Source of the DNA: Nitrospirota bacterium
GTDB taxonomy: Bacteria > Nitrospirota > Thermodesulfovibrionia > Thermodesulfovibrionales > UBA9159
DNA length: 64,000 nucleotides
Reading direction: 5' to 3'
Assembly: GCA_023475105.1 (NCBI GenBank)
Contig: JAMCWJ010000030.1
Location: 1,743 to 65,742, forward strand
The position numbers and the translations under genes were made by a program. This document shows positions 58,287-64,000 of this stretch, one piece after another; position 1 is the first letter of the stretch, and each line of letters begins with the position of its first letter. The notes under the pieces are model-generated. The model was not told where the DNA came from. It searched no databases and saw only the letters and a program-made list of their open reading frames with translations.

Positions 58287-59411
58287 GTGCGTAGAGGGGC
58301 CACTGCGGAGATACGTCTTGACGCCTTTTCCCGCAACCTCGGAGCCGTAAGGCGTTTTTCCGGGGTCCGGCCCGTAATTGCGGTGGTGAAGGCGGACGCC
58401 TATGGTCATGGCGCGGCCGAGGTTTCGAGGAGGCTGGTTCGTGACGGCGTTGAATTTCTTGCGGTCGCCTTTACCGAAGAAGCGGCGGAACTGAGGGAGG
58501 AGGGCATCTCGTCCCCGATACTCGTCCTTTTCGACAAGTGCGACATCGGCGATTTCTTCCGCTACGATCTCATCCCCGTGCTGCACGACCTCGGGACCGC
58601 AAAGAGGTTTTCCGAGGAGGCCGCGAAACGAAACCGTCCCCTGGAGGTCCACGTGGAGATCGATACCGGCATGGGGAGGCTCGGGCTGAACAGCGGTGAC
58701 GTCATCGGGGAGCTGACGGCGATCACGAAGATGGATTACCTGCATGTCCGGGGACTCATGAGCCATTTTTCGAATTCCGACATTGCCGATACGTCCTGTG
58801 CGGAAAGCCAGCTGAAGGCCTTTGTCGGCATACGGGACGGCCTTGCGGGCGTGTCCTGCGGTCCGGTCCTCTGCCACATGGCGAACAGCGCAGCGTCGTT
58901 TTCCCTCGGTGCTGCGCATCTCGACGCGGTGAGGCCGGGACTTGCCCTTTACGGACATTCGCCTTTTCAGGGCGCCGGAGACGTGAGGGAGGACCGGGCC
59001 GGGGAAGCCGAACTCGAGCCTGCCATGACGGTGAAGACCGAGGTACTCTCCCTGAGAAGACTGCGGGGCGGAACCCCGGTGAGCTACGGAGGGACGTTCA
59101 TTACGAGACGGGAAAGCATGATGGCGGTCCTGCCGGTCGGGTACGCCGACGGATACCACAGGATGCTCTCGAACAATATGGATGTGCTCGTGAGGGGAAA
59201 GAGGGCCCCTGTCGCAGGCAGGGTCTGTATGGATGTGACGATGGTGGACGTCACCGACGTCGGTGACGTGGCGGAGGGCGACGAAGTGGTGCTGCTCGGG
59301 AGACAGGGCGGCGCAGAGATAGGGGCCTGCGAGATGGCCGAAAAGGCAGGGACGATACCGTATGAGATCCTGACTTCACTCGGAAGCAGGTCGCGCAGAG
59401 TTTATGTATAA
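58287..59411 (+). CDS. alr: alanine racemase
   Basis: PVIAVVKADAYGHGA (PLP lysine context)...VHVEIDTGMGRLG...SHFSNSD...PVSYGGTF...GYADGY...VCMD. The GTG start is uncertain. Confidence 0.9.
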   Translation: MRRGATAEIRLDAFSRNLGAVRRFSGVRPVIAVVKADAYGHGAAEVSRRLVRDGVEFLAVAFTEEAAELREEGISSPILVLFDKCDIGDFFRYDLIPVLHDLGTAKRFSEEAAKRNRPLEVHVEIDTGMGRLGLNSGDVIGELTAITKMDYLHVRGLMSHFSNSDIADTSCAESQLKAFVGIRDGLAGVSCGPVLCHMANSAASFSLGAAHLDAVRPGLALYGHSPFQGAGDVREDRAGEAELEPAMTVKTEVLSLRRLRGGTPVSYGGTFITRRESMMAVLPVGYADGYHRMLSNNMDVLVRGKRAPVAGRVCMDVTMVDVTDVGDVAEGDEVVLLGRQGGAEIGACEMAEKAGTIPYEILTSLGSRSRRVYV

Positions 59412-59480
59412 TAGGAGGGACGTCCGAAGAACGGAAGAGCAGCGGCATTATCAGACGAAGGGAGAAGGGAGGTGAAAAGG

Positions 59481-59876
59481 ATGGGAGTACCTTTTATGAA
59501 GCAGATATCCTGGTATCTTGTCATTGCCATGTTCCTCATAGGGATCGCGCCGAGACTCGATGCGGCAATTGCGCCGTCCGAGGTGATCGCCACAGCACAG
59601 TACGACAGGGCGGGCGATCTCCGGCAGATACAGAGGGTCCTGGAGACGAAGGTGGTGAAGGAGCGTCTTGAGAAACTCGGGTTTTCGGGCGATGAGATCA
59701 AGGCGAAATTCGACAGCCTCAGCGACCACCAGGTCCATCAGCTTGCCCGGCAGATTGACGACCTGCGGGTCGGAAAGGACGAAGTCCTCGGCGTAATCAT
59801 TGCACTCCTGGTCATCGCGATCCTGGTGATTGTTATCCTTCACCTTTCGGGTCGCAAGGTCATCGTAACGAAGTAA
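59481..59876 (+). CDS. PA2779-family small membrane-anchored protein
   Basis: Signal or TM segment, then LETKVVKERLEKLGFSGDEIKAKFDSLSDHQVHQLARQIDDL, then a C-terminal TM GVIIALLVIAILVIVIL. The pattern and its pairing with the next gene match my recollection of the family. Confidence 0.65.
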   Translation: MGVPFMKQISWYLVIAMFLIGIAPRLDAAIAPSEVIATAQYDRAGDLRQIQRVLETKVVKERLEKLGFSGDEIKAKFDSLSDHQVHQLARQIDDLRVGKDEVLGVIIALLVIAILVIVILHLSGRKVIVTK

Positions 59877-60514
59877 TGAAATCGTATCGGACAATGCGTG
59901 GCGGGTCTTCTCTTGCGGGGCCCGTCACGCATTGTCGTTTCGGTTCTCTGCAAGAACGCCTTCCTCTTCTCTTTGTGCTTGTCGTCTTTCTCTGCGGCTG
60001 TGCCCACCCGGGCGGGATTCCGGAGGCCCAGAAGACCGCGGGTCTCCGCATCGTGGAGAATGTTCCTTTCTTCCCGCAAGAGGACTATCAGTGCGGACCT
60101 TCGTCGCTCGCCGGCGTCCTGAGCTACCGTGGAGTCCCCGTCACACCCGCCGAGGTGGCGAAGGCGATTTACAGCCGGTCTGCGGGAGGCACCCTGAATA
60201 TCGACATGCTTCTCTATGCCCGGGCGCAGGGACTCGAGGCCTCCCAGTATTCCGGGGGGTGGGACGACCTGAGGAAAAGGATCGATGCGGGGCAGCCTCT
60301 CATCGTCCTTGTCGATTACGGCTTTTCCGTCCTCCAGGTGAATCATTTCATGGTCGTCCTCGGTTACAATGAAAACGGGGTCGTCGCAAACTCGGGGAGA
60401 CATGAAAAGAAATTCATTCCTCTCGAAGATTTCATGAAGGCGTGGGAAAAGACGAAATATTGGACGCTGCTCGTGACGGTAAGGAGTAAGGAACTGTCGG
60501 CTCTCTACTCGTGA
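59876..60514 (+). CDS. PA2778-family C39-like cysteine peptidase (lipoprotein)
   Basis: TAATG overlap. Lipobox VVFLCGC. FFPQEDYQCGPSSLAGVLSY (catalytic Cys context) ...NHFMVVLGYNENG (His context). Confidence 0.75.
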   Translation: MKSYRTMRGGSSLAGPVTHCRFGSLQERLPLLFVLVVFLCGCAHPGGIPEAQKTAGLRIVENVPFFPQEDYQCGPSSLAGVLSYRGVPVTPAEVAKAIYSRSAGGTLNIDMLLYARAQGLEASQYSGGWDDLRKRIDAGQPLIVLVDYGFSVLQVNHFMVVLGYNENGVVANSGRHEKKFIPLEDFMKAWEKTKYWTLLVTVRSKELSALYS

Positions 60515-60581
60515 CGAAGAGCGAAAGAAAAGGTGGGCGGTAAGAAGGCTCATAGCCCGGCGCAACAATAAGGAGCAATGG

Positions 60582-61082
60582 ATGTCAAAAGGTCGGGGTT
60601 CAAGGTTCGACGTAAAAGGCGCGAGAGAGGCCCTGTGCGCTGTGCTTTTTGCTCTATGCTGCCTGCTCATTGCGGGTTGCGCACTGCCGAGGATCATCGT
60701 ACTCGATGACCCCCTGAGCGCCGAAGAGCATGTGAATCTCGGCGTCGCGTATGAAAGGAACGGCGAACTGGACAGCGCGCTGAAGGAGTACGAGGCGGCA
60801 TCGAAGAAACTTCCCGTTGCCCTGGTCTATATCGGGAATATCTACTTCCAGAAAAACGAGCCGGTCGAAGCGGAGCGCTATTACAAGAAAGCGATCAAGA
60901 AAGACCCGGGGAACGCGGATGCATGCAACAACCTGGCGTGGCTCTACTACACGCAAAGGGAGAACCTCGACGAGGCCGAGCAGCTCGCGCTGAAGGCGAT
61001 CGAGCTCAATCCGGAAAAAGAAGCGCTCTATCAGGACACGCTCGAGAAGATACGGGCGCTGAAGAGCGGTCCTGCGCAGTAA
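60582..61082 (+). CDS. TPR-repeat lipoprotein
   Basis: Lipobox LLIAGC. TPR units: HVNLGVAYERNGELDSALKEYEAA, IGNIYFQKNEPVEAERYYKKAIKKDP, CNNLAWLY. Confidence 0.8.
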   Translation: MSKGRGSRFDVKGAREALCAVLFALCCLLIAGCALPRIIVLDDPLSAEEHVNLGVAYERNGELDSALKEYEAASKKLPVALVYIGNIYFQKNEPVEAERYYKKAIKKDPGNADACNNLAWLYYTQRENLDEAEQLALKAIELNPEKEALYQDTLEKIRALKSGPAQ

Positions 61083-61220
61083 ATCTCGAAGACGTAGTAC
61101 CTTGGGTTTCACTTCGGCGATATGCCATCGTTAAGGTTCCTGGTCGCCGGAGTAACACTGTCCTATCTTTTCGTATGCCTGGTTTTTTTGGAGTCTTACT
61201 AATGAGTTCATTAGTAGGGT

Positions 61221-61277
61221 GTCATTCCCGCTTGCCGGGAATCCTTCTTAAGAGAGACTCCGGATAAGCCGAAGTGA
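61221..61277. repeat. nested-palindrome dispersed repeat, copy D1
   Basis: gtcattcccgcttgccgggaatccttcttaagagagactccggataagccgaagtgac. Confidence 0.75.
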
Positions 61278-61332
61278 CAAATAACGTTATCGTACTTATT
61301 AAGGTGTGCATAATAGTATCGACATCTATTGT

Positions 61333-61396
61333 GTCATTCCCGCTTGTCGGGAATCCTTCTTGCGGCAAAGAAAGATGCCGGACAAGCCGGCATGAC
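61333..61396. repeat. nested-palindrome dispersed repeat, copy D2
   Basis: gtcattcccgcttgtcgggaatccttcttgcggcaaagaaagatgccggacaagccggcatgac. Confidence 0.8.
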
Positions 61397-61764
61397 AGAG
61401 AAGAGGCGTTCAATCAGTGTCCACATTATTATGAGAACATTAGTATGTACTTCTTAGTAACACGCAGATGCTGAATCCACCATCAAGAGAGACTGATACT
61501 GCGTGAGGACGGCATTCTCTCTCATTCTCGCTTCGCTCCGAGGCACCGGGCCGCCCCACTGAAACCGTTCGAATGCATCCCCATGCAGAATTGATGGTTG
61601 ATTTTGGTAGACGCCATTGCCCCTGTTGCCTTTACAAATACAGAGTTTTCTATTAGACTAGCACACGGAGAAGCAGCCTTTGAGGGGGATCGAATTCCCG
61701 GGGAATCACATCTTTTCGCTGCGGAGAATGCAGCAATCGGCGGTAGCCTGCGCAAAAATTGGGA

Positions 61765-62194
61765 TCACCAGTCCAACGGGCTTCTTACCCCGAGGATGTT
61801 CTTCCTCGCCACATGCGTATAGATCATCGTCGTCTGAATACTGGTGTGGCCGAGGAGTTCCTGAATCGTCCTTATGTCATGGCCTTTTTCGAGAAGGTGG
61901 GTGGCGAAGCTGTGCCTGAGAGTGTGCACGGACACCTGCTTTGTAATTCCGGCCTTTGCAACAGCGATCTTAAAGGCCCTCTGGAGGGCGCTCGGATGGA
62001 TATGATGCCTGCGCATAACACCGGACACGGGGTCGCGCGAATGGGCCTGGGCAGGAAAGAGCCAGAACCACGGCCATTCCTTGCCTGCGTTTGGATACTT
62101 CCTTTCAAGCGCAGCCGGAAGCTCGACGCCGTTTGCGTTGTTCTTCCTGTCTTCTTCATGAATGAGCCTTATCCTGTTCATAAGTCGACCCAAA
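61765..62194 (-). pseudogene. intI: integron-type integrase (IntI), C-terminal ~140 residues only
   Basis: [104 protein letters not shown]...GVRSPLD. It includes the ALERKYP..W.W.W.FP insertion characteristic of IntI. Homology ends at the inverted repeat at 62195. Confidence 0.85.
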
Positions 62195-63122
62195 GGGGTC
62201 AGGTCTTTAGAAGTAGCAACAAGCGATATTATTTGATATACTTTTGTTAATGTCGAGACCATTAAGGATAGAGTACGACGGCGCAGTGTATCATGTGACA
62301 TCGCGGGGTAATGCGCGGAAGCCTGTTTATCGGGACGATACTGACCGGGGGATATTCCTTGATGTGCTTCATAAAGTCAACGAGAAATTCAACTGGCTTT
62401 GTCATGCCTACTGCCTAATGAACAACCACTATCACCTAATTGTCGAGACACCTGATGGAAACCTGTCAAAAGGCATGCGACAGCTCAACGGCGTCTACAC
62501 CCAACTTTTCAATAAACTGCATCATCGGGTCGGCCACATATTTCAGGGCAGGTATAAGGCGATTCTCATCCAGAAAGAAAGCCATTTACTGGAAGTCTGC
62601 CGGTATGTGGTGTTGAACCCGGTGAGAGCCAGGGCTGTAACGAGACCGGAGGAATGGCAATGGAGCAGCTATCGGGGTACTGCCGGATTTGAAAAAAGGC
62701 ATCCGTCGGTAACGACGGACTGGGTGCTCGGGCAGTTCGGAACGAGGCGAAATGAAGCGGAAAGGAGATACAGGGAGTTTGTTCGTGATGGCGTCGGGGT
62801 AGGGGGAATATGGAGAGAAGTGAGGGGGCAGAGCCTGCTTGGGGAAAAGAGTTTTGCTGAAGAACTCATGGGATATGTGAAAGGGCAAAGAGACATCAGG
62901 GAGATACCGAAGAGCCAGCGGTATGCTGACAGGCCGACACTCGAAAAAATCTTCACTGTAGATATCGTCGGCAAGAAGAAAAAAAGAGACAGGAAAATTG
63001 TTGATGCTGTTGAACGATATGGGTACAGCCAACGGGAAATTGCAGAACACTTGGGTATGCACTATACGACGATAAGTAGGATCGTAAATGAGTTATAACG
63101 CTAAACCTAAAGACCTGACCCC
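62195..63122 (+). mobile_element. 928-bp unit: Y1 (IS200/RayT-like) transposase gene bounded by perfect 16-bp inverted repeats
   Basis: Left GGGGTCAGGTCTTTAG (62195-62210) and right CTAAAGACCTGACCCC (63107-63122) are exact reverse complements. They lie 33 bp before the ATG and 8 bp after the stop of the enclosed gene. Confidence 0.65.
62244..63098 (+). CDS. IS200/RayT-like Y1 transposase-family protein with C-terminal DnaA-C-like HTH
   Basis: [14 protein letters not shown]...[53 protein letters not shown]...YVVLNPVRA has the HUH (HYH) and Tyr regions. C-terminus [23 protein letters not shown]. Confidence 0.8.
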   Translation: MLMSRPLRIEYDGAVYHVTSRGNARKPVYRDDTDRGIFLDVLHKVNEKFNWLCHAYCLMNNHYHLIVETPDGNLSKGMRQLNGVYTQLFNKLHHRVGHIFQGRYKAILIQKESHLLEVCRYVVLNPVRARAVTRPEEWQWSSYRGTAGFEKRHPSVTTDWVLGQFGTRRNEAERRYREFVRDGVGVGGIWREVRGQSLLGEKSFAEELMGYVKGQRDIREIPKSQRYADRPTLEKIFTVDIVGKKKKRDRKIVDAVERYGYSQREIAEHLGMHYTTISRIVNEL

Positions 63123-63263
63123 ACGAGTGACCTCGCTGAAAGTATCAGCCTAAAGGAAGAAAACACGTTCTATTGGGACGTATTTCTTTCAACGCCAAGT
63201 ATTAGCTTGGTCCGACCCCCGTCACCGTCTTGACTAGCTTTACTATGGGGCATGGAGGGTACT

Positions 63264-64000
63264 ATGACAAAATTCAGAGTCTTTTTCATCTTCTCTATCG
63301 TGTTACTCTTTGCATTTTGGATGACAGACGGGGCGGCCCGCGGAGAGACTTCGGTGAAAGGGATCGTTCTTCTCGTGGAGTTTCCGGATGTCAAGCATAA
63401 CGTAAACAGAAGCTTTGTTCAGGCGCGATTTTCCAGAGGGCTGAATTCTTATGTTAAGGAGATGTCTTATGACAAGGTTTCTCTCGACGTCAATGTGACA
63501 AGAAAGTGGTATACAATGCCGGACCCGGTCAGCCGCTATAAAATCTCTCCTCGTAATCTGGAAGTGGACAAGTCACGCGTGAGGAAGCTGATCGATGACG
63601 CCCTCGATGCCGCGGACAGAGAAGTTGATTTTTCGAAGTACTCCTTCGTGGCCATTTTCATGGGGGCAAAGGTAAGCGATTACGGCATGGTCGGCCTTTG
63701 CGGATATCCGGGTATGCTCGGATGGGGCACGCAGGATTCCTTGAAAACAAAGAGCGGTCAGGTAATCAAAGGAGGGGTCGCAATCTTTTGTTATCAGGCG
63801 CACCTTGGGACGCTCTTTCATGATATCGCCCACATCCTTGGAGGAGTCAAAGACGGGAAAAGGATGGTCCCTTGCCTTTACGATCATGACCTGCAGGGCG
63901 AAGCCCGGCCCCATGAGAGAGACATTTATCGATTCTCTTATCAACATGGGCTTCTGGGATACTATGTCCTGCCACTTTTATAAGAGGGAATTGCCGCCGC
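63264..64000 (+). CDS. secreted M6-like (immune-inhibitor-A-like) peptidase-domain protein, 3' partial, probable frameshift ~63895-63915
   Basis: Signal MTKFRVFFIFSIVLLFAFW. GIVLLVEFPDV...MSYDKVSLDV.. HDIAH stands where HExxH is expected. The listed frame stops at 63983, but the next frame (GPMRETFIDSLINMGFWDTMSCHFY..) stays open to the window end. Confidence 0.4.

Noticed and set aside
63123-63260. attI or attC recombination sites next to the integrase remnant.
   Set aside because: I saw no convincing paired R''/R' core sites (RYYYAAC / GTTRRRY) with an imperfect palindrome. The single GTTCTAT does not fit the consensus.

Overview
This is a 64-kb chromosomal window from a moderately high-GC bacterium. 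The gene content looks anaerobic (multiheme cytochrome, desulforedoxin-type domain, GH57 glucan genes, hydrogenase-like complex); I cannot assign taxonomy from sequence alone. Housekeeping genes (ligA 3' end, tag, leuC, hisG, scpA, rplI, dnaB, tatA, alr, initiator tRNA-Met, tRNA-Ala) alternate with accessory blocks:
- a MEDS-domain signalling operon
- a TetR/MFS pair next to an archaeal-type SAM synthetase
- a GH57/GT4 alpha-glucan pair
- a decayed island at tRNA-fMet
- a DevCAB/MacAB-type efflux operon with a NodT outer-membrane factor
- a visibly AT-richer AAA+/USP/ABC-2 block
- an integron-integrase remnant truncated at a 928-bp unit that carries a Y1 (IS200/RayT-like) transposase between perfect 16-bp inverted repeats

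The most interesting locus is a six-gene operon resembling group-4 membrane-bound [NiFe] hydrogenases (47.7-54.9 kb). Its large subunit has lost the nickel-binding cysteines, and no ferredoxin-type subunit, maturation genes or electron-input genes accompany it. It therefore looks like an Ehr-type (energy-converting-hydrogenase-related) complex of unknown substrate.

A nested-palindrome repeat family (GTCATTCCCGC.../GTCATTGCGA...) occurs at least five times, once inside that operon. Six otherwise conserved genes carry apparent frameshifts, so assembly error versus real gene decay needs to be resolved. All homology calls come from reading the translations by eye; no searches were run.
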